Assembly (NCBI GenBank): GCA_011046145.1
Contig: DSBA01000020.1
Span: 1-37,607, forward strand
Length of the DNA: 37,607 nucleotides
Source: Candidatus Uhrbacteria bacterium
GTDB taxonomy: Bacteria > Patescibacteriota > Patescibacteriia > CAIXNZ01
Reading direction: 5' to 3'
The translations under genes and the position numbers were made by a program. Of the stretch, positions 7,876 to 19,200 are shown one piece after another. The stretch's first letter is position 1, and every line of letters begins with the position of its first letter. The notes beneath the pieces were generated by a model, which was given only the letters and a program-made list of their open reading frames with translations, had not been told where the DNA came from and searched no databases.

Positions 7876-8550
7876 ATGTTAAATAAAAACTCCTGGGTAG
7901 TTGTTCCTGCCCATAATGAACAAGAAAATATTTTCGGCGTGCTAAAAAGCCTGTTGGAGCTGACGCCTAACATTGTAATTGTTGATGACGCTTCAAAAGA
8001 CAATACTAAAAATATTGTAAAATCTTCAAAAATTTTTTTGCTGGAACATTTAGTCAATAGAGGACAGGGAGCGGCTTTGCAGACCGGCACTGAATTTGCT
8101 TTAAAACAGGGAGCGGAAATTATTGTGCATTTTGACGCTGACGGCCAGATGCAGGCCAAAGATATTTACCGCGTGATTGCGCCGCTTATTAATCGGGAAG
8201 CGGATATTGTTTTTGGCTCTCGCTTTTTGGATAAAAAATCAAAAATTCCTGCTTTTAAAAAATACTTTATTTTAAAACCAGCCACTTGGTTTAATTGGTT
8301 TTTTACCGGCATTAAATTAAGCGACGCGCATAACGGTTTTAGGGCATTGTCAAGAAAAGCTGCTCAGGCTATTAAAATACGCCAGGATGGCATGGCGCAT
8401 GCTACTGAAATTTTGGAGCAGGTTCGCTTGCATGATTTAAAATATCAAGAAGTGCCGGTGGAAATTGTTTATAACCAATACGGCCAAAGGTTTGCCAGCG
8501 GCTTTAAAATATTAAGCGATTTGTTTTTTGCTAAAATTTTCAAAAGATAA
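7876..8550 (+). CDS. Family 2 glycosyltransferase (polyprenol-phosphate sugar transferase-like)
   Basis: It carries the motifs VVVPAHNEQENI, IVDDASKDNT and FDADGQ, at 224 aa. Confidence 0.8.
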   Translation: MLNKNSWVVVPAHNEQENIFGVLKSLLELTPNIVIVDDASKDNTKNIVKSSKIFLLEHLVNRGQGAALQTGTEFALKQGAEIIVHFDADGQMQAKDIYRVIAPLINREADIVFGSRFLDKKSKIPAFKKYFILKPATWFNWFFTGIKLSDAHNGFRALSRKAAQAIKIRQDGMAHATEILEQVRLHDLKYQEVPVEIVYNQYGQRFASGFKILSDLFFAKIFKR

Positions 8551-10187
8551 TGTCTTTAAAAACTTTAAAAACTAAAAAAGAATTAAAATGGTCGGCTAAT
8601 GACATTGTTTATCAAATTTATCCCCGCAGTTTTAAAGATACAACAGGCAATGGCATTGGTGATTTGCAGGGAATTATTGAAAAATTAGATTATTTGCACA
8701 AAATTTTAAAAGTTGATGCTATTTGGCTGTGTCCGATATACAAATCGCCGATGAAAGATTTTGGCTATGATATAGCTGATTATTGCCAAATTGATCCTCT
8801 ATTTGGCAATTTTAAACTTTTTGATAATTTAGTTAAAAAAGCCCATGGGCGCGGCCTGAAAATTTTAATGGATTTTGTGCCTAATCATACTTCTGACCAG
8901 CACCCTTGGTTTATTGAGTCTCGCTCTGCTTTAAAAAATCCTAAGCGGGATTGGTATATTTGGCAGAAGCCAAAACCAGATGGTTCCCCGCCTAATAATT
9001 GGCTAAGCAGGTTTGGCGGTTCTGCCTGGACATTTGATCCCAAAACAAAACAGTATTATTTACATTCTTTTTTGCCTTGCCAGCCAGATCTTAATTGGCG
9101 CAACCCTCAAGTGCAAAAAGAAATGAGAAAAATTTTAGAATTTTGGCTGGTCAAAGGAGTTGATGGCTTTCGTTTGGATGCCCTTTACCATATTATAAAA
9201 GATGATAAATTTCGCGATAATCCAATAAATCCAAGGTATATTCCTGGCCATGACGATCCTTACCGCCAATTTTTAAACGTATATGACAGGGGCAGGCCAG
9301 CCACCTTGGAAATTTTAAATAAATTTTGCGGCGTTATTGGCCAGCATAAGAATAAATTCTTGGTTAGCGAAGTTTTTTATCAGACCAAGGTTGCTGAACT
9401 AAAAACCTATTATAAGCTTTGCCAAGCTGGTTTGCACGCGCCTTTTAATTTTAATTTTATAAGGTTGCCATGGAGCGCTTGGGCTTATCGCAGTTTTTTG
9501 GATAATTATGAAGAAAATTTGAGTGAAGGAGACTGCCCTAATTATGTTTTAGGCAATCATGATCGCTCCCGAGTCGCTTCCCGCTTGGAAAGCAGAAAAA
9601 AGGCCAGGTTGCTTGCGATGTTAGTTTTTACTTTAAAAGGCATGCCTTTTATATATTATGGAGAAGAAATTGGCATGTCCAATGTGCCAGTAAAAAATAA
9701 TGAACAATTAGATCCTTGGGGGAAAAATGTTCCTGGTTTTGGCTTGGGCCGCGACGCCTATCGTACGCCCATGCAATGGTCGGCCCAGAAATACGCGGGT
9801 TTTTCCAAAACAAAGCCATGGCTGCCTGTCGCTAGAAATTATTTATTTTTTAATGTTAAAAAAGAATTAGCGGATAAAAAATCATTTTTAAGCCTTTATA
9901 GAAATTTGATTAGCTTTAGAAAAAAATCAAAAGCTATTTTAGAGGGTAATTATTACCCTTTGAATATCCGTTCCCAAAATGTTTTTGCTTATGTCAGAGA
10001 ATCAGAAACTGAAAAAGTTTTAGTTTTATTAAATTTCGCTTCTAAGACGCAAAAAATTTCCTTGCCTTTTGCTATGGCGGAATTAGTCTGCAATACTTTT
10101 TTATCCAGGAAAAAGGGTCAAAAAATCAATCTTAACAAGCTTTATTTAAAAGCTTTTGAAGGATATTTATTTAAGCTTAAAAAATAA
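8550..10187 (+). CDS. GH13 alpha-glucosidase / oligo-1,6-glucosidase-like
   Basis: It has IYQIYPRSFKD..GDLQGI, DFVPNHTS, GVDGFRLDA (nucleophile), SEVF and LGNHD. The start overlaps the upstream stop (TAATG at 8548-8552). Confidence 0.85.
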   Translation: MSLKTLKTKKELKWSANDIVYQIYPRSFKDTTGNGIGDLQGIIEKLDYLHKILKVDAIWLCPIYKSPMKDFGYDIADYCQIDPLFGNFKLFDNLVKKAHGRGLKILMDFVPNHTSDQHPWFIESRSALKNPKRDWYIWQKPKPDGSPPNNWLSRFGGSAWTFDPKTKQYYLHSFLPCQPDLNWRNPQVQKEMRKILEFWLVKGVDGFRLDALYHIIKDDKFRDNPINPRYIPGHDDPYRQFLNVYDRGRPATLEILNKFCGVIGQHKNKFLVSEVFYQTKVAELKTYYKLCQAGLHAPFNFNFIRLPWSAWAYRSFLDNYEENLSEGDCPNYVLGNHDRSRVASRLESRKKARLLAMLVFTLKGMPFIYYGEEIGMSNVPVKNNEQLDPWGKNVPGFGLGRDAYRTPMQWSAQKYAGFSKTKPWLPVARNYLFFNVKKELADKKSFLSLYRNLISFRKKSKAILEGNYYPLNIRSQNVFAYVRESETEKVLVLLNFASKTQKISLPFAMAELVCNTFLSRKKGQKINLNKLYLKAFEGYLFKLKK

Positions 10188-10193
10188 ATTTTT

Positions 10194-11015
10194 ATGTATC
10201 TGCTTTTTGATATTGGCGGCAGCAAAACTCGTTTGGCTGTGTCAAAAGACAAGAAAAATTTATCCCAAGTGGAAATTGTTCCTACCCCGCAAGATTTTAA
10301 AAAAGGCATTAAGTTTTTGGTTGATTCGGGCAAAAGGATAACAGGAGGCAAAAAAATTAAAATGGTTGCCGGAGGCATAGCAGGGCCGTTAAATAAAAAC
10401 AAGACCAAATTGGCAAATTCGCCTAATTTGCCTCAATGGGCAAACCAGCCCTTATTTTCTTTGTTAAAAAAAGAATTCAAATCTCCGGTTTTTTTGGAAA
10501 ATGACGCTGCTTTAGCCGGCTTAGGCGAAGTTTATTATGGCGCTGGAAAAGGCGGTAAAATTGTTGCTTATTTAACTATTAGTACAGGAGTTGGCGGCGC
10601 TAGGCTGGTTGAGGGACAAATTGATCAGAATTATTTCGGTTTTGAACCGGGACAACAAATTATTAATTATGACGCTTTAATTAATTTTCAGACACTTGAA
10701 GCAAATATTTCAGGCACGGGCTTGTTTAAAAAATACAAAAAGCCAGCCGCTGAATTGTCAGCCAAAAAAATTTGGGAAAGAGAGGCTAAATTATTAGCAT
10801 ATGGTCTGAACAACATAACTGTTTTGTGGTCGCCGGAAATAATTATTTTAGGCGGGTCGGTTATGAAAAAAATTTCTTTAAAAGAAGTTAGAAAATACTT
10901 CAAACAAACATTAAAAATATTTCCTGGCTTGCCAAAGATCAAAAGATCAAAATTGGGCGATTTGTCAGGAATTTATGGCGCTTTGGCAATTTTAAACACA
11001 AAAAATAAACGCTAA
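10194..11015 (+). CDS. ROK-family sugar kinase (glucokinase-like)
   Basis: It has the LFDIGGSKTRLAV phosphate-1 motif, ENDAALAGLGE and TISTGVGG. Confidence 0.75.
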   Translation: MYLLFDIGGSKTRLAVSKDKKNLSQVEIVPTPQDFKKGIKFLVDSGKRITGGKKIKMVAGGIAGPLNKNKTKLANSPNLPQWANQPLFSLLKKEFKSPVFLENDAALAGLGEVYYGAGKGGKIVAYLTISTGVGGARLVEGQIDQNYFGFEPGQQIINYDALINFQTLEANISGTGLFKKYKKPAAELSAKKIWEREAKLLAYGLNNITVLWSPEIIILGGSVMKKISLKEVRKYFKQTLKIFPGLPKIKRSKLGDLSGIYGALAILNTKNKR

Positions 11016-11066
11016 AAACTTCTTATTTATAATTTTAATAAATATTTTTAAAATTTTTTTAATCCT

Positions 11067-11408
11067 ATGCTTATTCAAGTTATTTTGCTTATCTTCATAA
11101 TTTACGCTGTTTTAAAGGTGGCTTTGCGCTATAAAGACAAAGTGATCTCTTTGCAGGAATTTTTAGTTTGGACACTTTTTTGGTTTATGGTCGCTTTTGT
11201 GGTTATTCTGCCGGAAACAACTTCCTGGTTTGCCAATTTTGTCGGCGTGGGCAGGGGCGTTGATCTGGTCATTTACATTTCAATTTTAATTTTATTTTAT
11301 TTGGCTTTTAGGATTTTGGTGCGTTTGGATAAAATCGAAAAAGATGTGACAAAAATTGTGCGCGAAATCGCTTTGGACAAAGAGGAAACAAAAAATAAAC
11401 AATCTTAA
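11067..11408 (+). CDS. DUF2304-type small membrane protein (usual partner of GT2 genes)
   Basis: At 113 aa it has three hydrophobic segments and the typical LRYKDKVISLQEFLVW...GVGRGVDLVIY pattern. Confidence 0.6.
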   Translation: MLIQVILLIFIIYAVLKVALRYKDKVISLQEFLVWTLFWFMVAFVVILPETTSWFANFVGVGRGVDLVIYISILILFYLAFRILVRLDKIEKDVTKIVREIALDKEETKNKQS

Positions 11409-11481
11409 AATTCAAAAGACAAATGACAAAAAACAAAATAAACTTAAATTTTGAATTTTGCCATTTGATTTTAAATAAAAA

Positions 11482-12348
11482 ATGTTATCTAGCGAAATAA
11501 AATTTTTATTGCAACAGTATGGCATCAGGCCCAGTAAAGCCAAAGGGCAAAATTTTTTAATTAATCAGGGCGTTTTGCAAAAAATAATCAAGGCCGCGGA
11601 CTTGAGCCAAAATGATTGTGTTTTGGAAATCGGACCAGGACTTGGTGTTTTGACCGAAGGATTGATAAAAAAATCTAAAAAGGTTTTAAGCGTTGAGCTG
11701 GACAAGCGTTTGGCTTATTTTCTGAAACAAAAATTTAAAGGCGTTAAAAATTTAAAAATTTTGGAAACAGATATTTTGCAAATTAGAAATGATCAAATTG
11801 TTAAATTGTTAAATTGTTATGAATTAGGCTATAAAGTGGTAGCTAATTTGCCCTATAATATTACCAAACCGGTTTTGCAGAAATTTTTAACAGCCGAGCC
11901 CAAGCCAAAAGAAATAGTTGTTTTAGTCCAAAAAGAAGTGGCGCAAAAAATAGTTGCCAAGCCCGGCCAAATGAGCCTTTTAAGCCTTTCAGTCCAGTTT
12001 TACGGCCAGCCAGAAATTATAGATTATGTGGCCCAAGAAAATTTTTATCCCAAGCCGCAGGTTGAAAGCGCTATTTTAAAAATAAAATTAAATTTAGGAA
12101 AAATGCCGTTGGAGTTATCAACAGCCTTTTTAAAAATTGAGTTTGAAGAAAAAAAATTTTGGCGATTAATAAAAATAGGATTTAGTTCGCCCAGAAAACA
12201 ATTGCAGAATAATTTGGCTGCTGGTTTTCAAATATCCAAAGAAAAAGCCAAAAAAAAGCTAAAATTAGCTAATTTGCAAGAAAAAATCAGGCCCCAGGAT
12301 TTAAGCCTGGCAGATTGGGCAAATCTTTATTTGCAATTTATGGCTTGA
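11482..12348 (+). CDS. rsmA: 16S rRNA (adenine1518/1519-N6)-dimethyltransferase RsmA/KsgA
   Basis: It has KGQNFL, the EIGPGLGVLT SAM-binding loop and the NLPYNI motif. Confidence 0.88.
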   Translation: MLSSEIKFLLQQYGIRPSKAKGQNFLINQGVLQKIIKAADLSQNDCVLEIGPGLGVLTEGLIKKSKKVLSVELDKRLAYFLKQKFKGVKNLKILETDILQIRNDQIVKLLNCYELGYKVVANLPYNITKPVLQKFLTAEPKPKEIVVLVQKEVAQKIVAKPGQMSLLSLSVQFYGQPEIIDYVAQENFYPKPQVESAILKIKLNLGKMPLELSTAFLKIEFEEKKFWRLIKIGFSSPRKQLQNNLAAGFQISKEKAKKKLKLANLQEKIRPQDLSLADWANLYLQFMA

Positions 12349-12408
12349 ACTTGAATTTTATGGTATAATTATTAAAGAATTTGTGATATAATTTTAATAT
12401 ATAATTTA

Positions 12409-13242
12409 ATGTCAGCAGCCCCTGAAAAAATCAAAGAATTTTTTGAAGAAAAAGGCGAAGCAATTACAGAGAAAATAGAAAAAACTCCCATGGAAAAGTT
12501 TTTTGTTTTCTTTTTGGTTTTAATTACAATTTCAGCTTTGGTTTTAGGTTATCTGCAATTTAAAAAAAATATAGAACAGCCTCTTTATTCCAGTTATTTG
12601 CGGGAAATAAGGGGAGAAACCAGGCAAAAATATCAGGCAGAAACTTTAAATCAATCAGCTTTGAATGCTGCTGAAATGCTCGGGCTTCAGCAACTGGATA
12701 GTGATCTGGATGGTTTAAGCGATTATGAAGAAATTTATATTTATGGCACCAGCCCTTATTTGGAAGACACTGACGGCGATGGAATTTTGGACAAACAGGA
12801 AATTTTGGCTGGGACAGATCCGAATTGTCCTGAAGGCCAGGATTGTTCGATTTTGCCTTTTAATGAAACTGGCAGCCAAAGTTCCAGCTATCCGGCTAAT
12901 CTTAACCAAGGAATGATTGAACCGCCGCTTATGGGCTTGGATTTTAATGATTTGTTAGAGATTGAAGATTTGCTTTTAAGGGGAGAAATTACTTTGGAGG
13001 ATTTGGGCATTAATGATCCGCAGATGCAGGCTATGTTTGACCAGCTATCCAGCGGCCAGTTGCGCAATATAGAACAAATATCTCCAGAAGAAAAAGAATT
13101 GATCATTGAATCGTTGCAAGATTTAACTCCGGCGCAAATCAGGCAGGAATTGGCAGCCAGGGGAATTGATGAGAATCTTTTAAATCAGGTTGATGATGAC
13201 ACTCTTAAGCAGATGTTTTTACAGACCCTTGATTTGTATTAA
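12409..13242 (+). CDS. Membrane-anchored protein with thrombospondin type-3-like Ca-binding repeats
   Basis: It has one TM segment (FFVFFLVLITISALVLGYL), then DSDLDGLSDYEE...EDTDGDGILDKQEILAGTDPN. It is the first gene of the co-directional block. Confidence 0.6.
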   Translation: MSAAPEKIKEFFEEKGEAITEKIEKTPMEKFFVFFLVLITISALVLGYLQFKKNIEQPLYSSYLREIRGETRQKYQAETLNQSALNAAEMLGLQQLDSDLDGLSDYEEIYIYGTSPYLEDTDGDGILDKQEILAGTDPNCPEGQDCSILPFNETGSQSSSYPANLNQGMIEPPLMGLDFNDLLEIEDLLLRGEITLEDLGINDPQMQAMFDQLSSGQLRNIEQISPEEKELIIESLQDLTPAQIRQELAARGIDENLLNQVDDDTLKQMFLQTLDLY

Positions 13243-13296
13243 ATTAAAAAAAATCAATTTGTTATTAGTTGGTTATAAATAAATTAAATATTTTTT

Positions 13297-16200
13297 ATGT
13301 TTAAGCCTGATAAAACAAAATTACAGAAAGCGGTAATTTTTCTTATGGCTGTAATTTTTGTTGGCAGTAATTTTTATTTTTTATTATTGGCAGGTTTAAA
13401 GCCAGTACAGGCAACTTTTCCAGTAGTTGATGTGCCGCAGGCGACTTTACAATCAATGTGGTATGCTGGCGATAAAGCTGAAAGCATTTTGCAAAAGGTT
13501 TGGGATGAAGTAGTGGCTATTTTTTTCAAAAATATTTTAGGCACAATGGCTAATATGATTGCCCAGCAATCAGCCAAATGGGTTGCCAGCGGAGGCAAAG
13601 GCGGCGCTCCGCAATTTATCAGCGACCCTAATTTTTGGCAGGATTTTGCTGATAAAGCAGTAGGGGATTTTATCCAGACAACAATGAAAAATTTAACAGG
13701 ACTTGATGTTTGTACTTTGGATCCGCAATTGGCTATAAATTTAGCCATAAATATTCCCTTTTTTCCGGATTGGTCAGGCGTTTATGAGCCGGATTGCAGC
13801 TGGACCCAGTTAAGGAGCCACTGGGAAGAGATTGGCCAAAGAAGGTTTGAAGATTTTATTTCTTTTGATTATGGCATTGGCGCTGGCGGGACTTTTGATG
13901 AAAATGTCGGACGTTTAAATACAGCTGTTGCTCAAGATATTAGTTTAAGAAGATGGCCTATTGAATTGGTAGGACATGGTTATATAATAGGTTGTGACAC
14001 GACTGCAATAAGCGGTGGTTTGGCTACTTGCACTGAACCGCCTGTACAAACGGACCTTTTGAGTTCAGCCAGGGCATTAGATTCTTATACTGCTACTTTG
14101 CGGGCTGATGTTGAGAAAATTTTAACCCATAAAGTGGCTGATACCCCGGCTGATTTAAGTGTTGGGCGTTATCCCATAACACCAGAAAACATGCCGATTA
14201 TCAGAGAAGCTTGGTTAAAGAATATTAATCCTTATATTAGTGATTTGCACCAGATAGCTGATTTATACAGCCGCTGTACAGGCAAAACAGCCTGCGCTTT
14301 AATGCAAATGCCGCCAGATCCACCATTTTGCAAGGCTGCTTTAGACAAGATTAATCTTAAGTCGTTTCTTTGCCCGATTGATGACGGCACAGATGATGAC
14401 GGCACAGATGATGACGGCACAGAAAGCCGTAATCAGGCAACAGCTTTAATTTACCAGACAGAGTTTAATCAAAAAGCCGGGCAAGTCGCAAATATCGCCA
14501 ATGCTATCAAAGGCGGCTTTGAATATTTAAAAACCCAAATAGAACAAAATTTCAAGCCAGAATTATTAGAAGGCAGCGTGGCTTATAATGCGCAACTGGC
14601 AGCCGGCCTTTTTGATCCCAGCGCTAATGAATTTAATGCTTATGAAACACTTGTCAGGCAAATGGCGGATATAAGCTGGAGTGAAGCAATGAATGCTCGC
14701 TTGCAAGCAATGATTGATCAGGGCTGGCAATCAACCACAGACCGCATTGCAGGCTATATTAGGACGCCTTCAAACTTGATCAGGGCCAGGGCAGAAAAAC
14801 AATTGGCTGAAGGCACTGACAGCATTTATGCTTACCACACCAAAAATATCGCGGCTGATGCTTTGGGTGTTTTTTTGCAGACGCTATGGAATGAATTAGC
14901 TTTGCAATTATTAGATATGCTTAATCCTGGCTATTCTGCAGAGACCAGAAGGCATTTATTGACTGTTCCAGGAGGCAAAGAAGCTTTGGAAAGTTTTAGC
15001 GTGATGTCATGGAATCCTTTTGAAGAGCTGATTGTTTCTGAAGAAGGAATTGACAGATATATTCAAAGAGTTGCCCAAAAATTTACAGTTAATTTGTCTT
15101 TTAAGGATGTAAATTTGCTGGCTGATTTCCAATTAAATATCAAAGGCGAGGCCAATCCTAATCTTTATAATAATGTTATTGACCAAAATTTTGCCATTGC
15201 CATTAATGATAAATTGACTATCAAGCAAGCGCTTGATTCTGGCAAATTAGTAGGCGATTATACTTTTTCCTATTCTCCTGCCCGCCCCGGCACATATAAT
15301 TTGGCTAATATCAGAAAGTTAAGAAAAGCCCGGGTAGTGCCTCTGGGTTTGGAACTGGCTGTCCAGTTAATCAGGGATTGCAATCACCGCAAAACTTTTA
15401 ATAATGGTCAGTATGCTGGTTTTCAAGATATTAATGACGTAAATCCGTATGGATACGACAATGTAAGCGATCCTTTTAATTCCCAAAGATTGCAAAATTG
15501 TTTGTTTAAGCCTTATTCAGCTGGCCAGGAGTTAAAAGATGTGAGAGATTATAATACCAGAAAAATGAATGAAGTGGCAGGGGCAACTTTAGCTGATGTG
15601 GTTGATGGTTTTGATAAGGCTGGTTCTGGTATTTGCGGCGATTTTGACGAAAATGAATCGCCTTTTTGCAATTTAGTTAATCCTAATTGGGTTTTAAAAA
15701 TACCGACTACTTTTTGCGCTTTGCAGACAACAAACGAGCCATTTGGCGAACTTTTAACCACCAATAGCAATAGCCAAAGGCAATCGCGCTGCCCTGATTT
15801 TGCTAGTTGTTTAAATGAAGATGGTAAAGGCAGCTGTATAAATGAAGATTATGGCTTTTGCGTCAAAGAAAAAAATGTCTGGCAGTTTGCGACTGATTCT
15901 TGTCCAGAAGAATTTAACAGCTGCCGCACTTATAGTTTGACAAGGTCAGGAGAAAGGACCTCGGTTTCCTATTTAAAAAATACTTTAAGCGGTAGCGATA
16001 TCTGCGGTCCTTATAATGCAGGCTGCAGCTGGTATTCTACGCAGACAGATTTAGCTGGTTTTTGGCAAAACGATGCCAGGATTTATTTTAACCGTTATGT
16101 TGAAGCTTGCGACAGGCAAAATGAAGGTTGCAGTGAATTTGTTTTATATCGCAATCCTGCCAATAACTTAGTCTTTGACTCAAGTTTTGAATATACTCCG

Positions 16201-19200
16201 GAAGGCAATTTTCCAGCTGGCTGGGATTTAAGATTAAAGCAGCGCGTTGATTTGCCGGCTGATTGCCAAGGGACTTTGACTGAAATTTGCAATTATTATC
16301 CTTATGATAATCAATCAGAATGTTTGATTAATAATGGGACTTGGTACGGCTATTGCGATGACGGCGAAAGCTGGAGCCAGGCAGAATGCTTGGACAAGGG
16401 ACAAAATTGGGAATTTGTTTGCCTTAATGCGATTAATAATCAAGCTGATAAAGCAGATTGCGAGGCTGGGGGAGGCGAGTATGAGTATTTTTGCACCAAC
16501 AGCATTTTAAAATATAATCTTTGCCAGAATCCCCAATTTACAGGCGATGACGCGCAAGAACAATGCTTGGCTAATGGCGGTACTTGGCAGCAAGAGTGTG
16601 AAATAGGCGGCAGCGCCAGCAGCGAACTGACCACTTTAGAAGATTGCATGGCTAATGATGGCAGTTGGCGCGAATTTTGCCAAGGGGCCAGATTATATGA
16701 TTTTACCAAACAAAGCTGCAATAATCTTTTGGGTGAATGGCGCGGCGAAGGGCCTTTTAGTGATTTGGCTTTTGTTTCCAAAGACGCAACCAATGTTTAT
16801 CAGGGGTTAAGCAAGCTCCAGGTTAATATAGGAGCTGTGCCTTTTGGCGAGGAATTAGTTTTAGTTTATAAAAGCCATTTTAATGATGAAACAAAAACTT
16901 TAACCAAAGCTGGCGATGCTTATACTGCCACAGCTTATTTTAAATCTAATCAGGTATTGAGCCAGCCCATTACGTTTAATTTGGCAAAAATGAGACAGAC
17001 GCAAAGTGAGCTGAATAGCAAGAGGTTTTTTATTGACCAAAATTATACCAGGGCAGACAGCACTATAATTACTGGAGCTGGAGGCACAGAGCTTGATATT
17101 AGGATTTATTTGCCGGGTGGCGAAGAAGGAGCCTTGGTTTATCTGGATGCAATTGGCTTATCCATTAATTCTTTGAATCAAGTCAGGAATTTTGATTTTA
17201 TTACGCCTTATGCTGATTATGAAGCTAATAATAAATTGTATTATAAAAATCCGCCTGAAAGGCTGAATTGCCATGGTTATGGCCCAGGTGATCCGGCTCC
17301 TCGGCTTGATATTGCGCCTTTAACCAAAGAAGCTTGTGAAGGCGTTGGCGGTTATTGGGATGAAGGTTTAATTTACAGAAATACGGTTGACTGCTATAAA
17401 TATGAACCCGATGATCCTATCTGCAATAATTTTATGAAAGTTTGCGAAGCAGAAGAAGTCGGCTGCCAGCTTTTTACGCCCTTAAACGGCGATCCTCAAG
17501 TGCCGGGCGTGGTAAGCATTACTGATTATTGCCCGGCAGAATGCGTGGGTTATGAAACTTATAAACAAGAGCCGGCTTTATATGAGCCAGAGCCTGATCC
17601 TTTATTCCATTATTTTATACCTGAAACAGCCCGTTCTTGTTCCTTGGCAGAAGTCGGTTGCGCCCAGTTTACTAATTTAGATGAAGTGGCTCGGGGCGGT
17701 GAGGGTATTGGCTATTATACTTATTTAAGGCAATGCATCAAGCCTAATCTTGGCTTGGGTGAAAAGACTTTTTTTACCTGGCAAGGTTCAGCAACAGGCT
17801 CTCCGCAATTGCTTAAATATGAATTTCAGCAAGATCCGGTTACTGGCGCGCCCAAAACAATTGACGGTTCAGGCGATTGCCGTTTGACTTTGAGCGAATA
17901 TGATTTAAACTGCGTTAATTTTTTTGACAGCGCTGGCATTAATTATCACCGCGATATCCGCAAAATCGTTTCAGTTTCAGATGATTGTTCGCCGTTCAGG
18001 AAAACAGAGTCAACCCAGGCAAATTGTCTGGCAACCAATGGCCGTTGGCAGGAAGATCTTCAGGCTTGCATTTATGATGCTATTCCAGCTGAAGCTATTT
18101 CTTGTTCTGCGGAAGCTAATGGCTGCAGAACTTTTATAGGCAATCGGGGCAATAATGTTTATGTGCAGATTTTTGACACTTTTGAAGGTATTGAAGGCAC
18201 TTGGGGATGGTATGCTGGCTCTGACGGCACTAGCGCAGAAGGACTGGCCAGAGTAGGAGAGTCAGTGCAAGTCGGCGGAAATTCTTTATTTGTTTCCTCT
18301 CCAGTTTCAGCTATTCATAAACCTGTAAACATTCAGAAAAATAATTTGTATACCCTTTCTTTTTGGGCCAAGACAAATGATCCAGCTGGCGAAGTCATTA
18401 CTGCAAAATTCAGCACAGCTGTGCCTGATGCCCAGGCTTCTACCCTGGAAGAATTTGCTACTTTAGAAAACAATCTGCAACTGACAAACGAATGGCGCAA
18501 TTATACCTTGGGTCCGGTTTTGGTCAGTTGGGATAATGTGGAAAATAACAGCCTGGTTTTTGATTCATTGGATAGCGAGGTTTATTTTGACAATATTTTA
18601 TTAAGGGTAGTGAGAGACAATGTCTATGTGGTTAAAAACAGCTGGTTTACGCCGGATAGCTGCGACCGCAACATTTTTGGCCAGACAGAAGAAGGCGCCA
18701 TGCTTGGCTGCCAAGCTTATCAGGATTTGCTGGGCCAGACTCACAACCTTAAATCTTTTACCAATTTGTGCCGTGAAAGCGCAATAGGCTGCCAGATTTT
18801 AATTGACACTAAAAATTCAACTAATGCCAATAAACAAATATTCAATGATGACAATCCATCGCCTTTGGATGATTATATTGTGCTGCGAGACGAATTAGTC
18901 ACTTTGGTGGTCAGTGATAATTTTATTTGTTCCAAAACAGATAAAGGCTGTCAAAAATTTGGAAAACCGGTTTACCAAGCTGTTTTGCCCACGTTTGATG
19001 ACGTATACTTGAAAAATGATCCGGATAAATATATTAATGTGCCTAATGCCATAATGTGCAATGAGGAATCTTTGGGCTGTTTGGAATTAATTAATGATGA
19101 GGGCAATGCTGAACATTTTAAAATTGATCCGACCAAGCTTTGCCAGTTTAAAACCAGCACAGTAAGCGGTGAAAATATTAATGGCTGGTTTAAAAAAGGC

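Noticed and set aside
12361-12405. Multiple TATAAT-like hexamers upstream of the 12409 gene as defined promoters
   Set aside because: TGGTATAAT (12361-12369), TGATATAAT (12384-12392) and TATAAT (12400-12405) all occur, but no convincing -35 is present and the AT-rich background makes chance matches likely. They are noted only as candidates.
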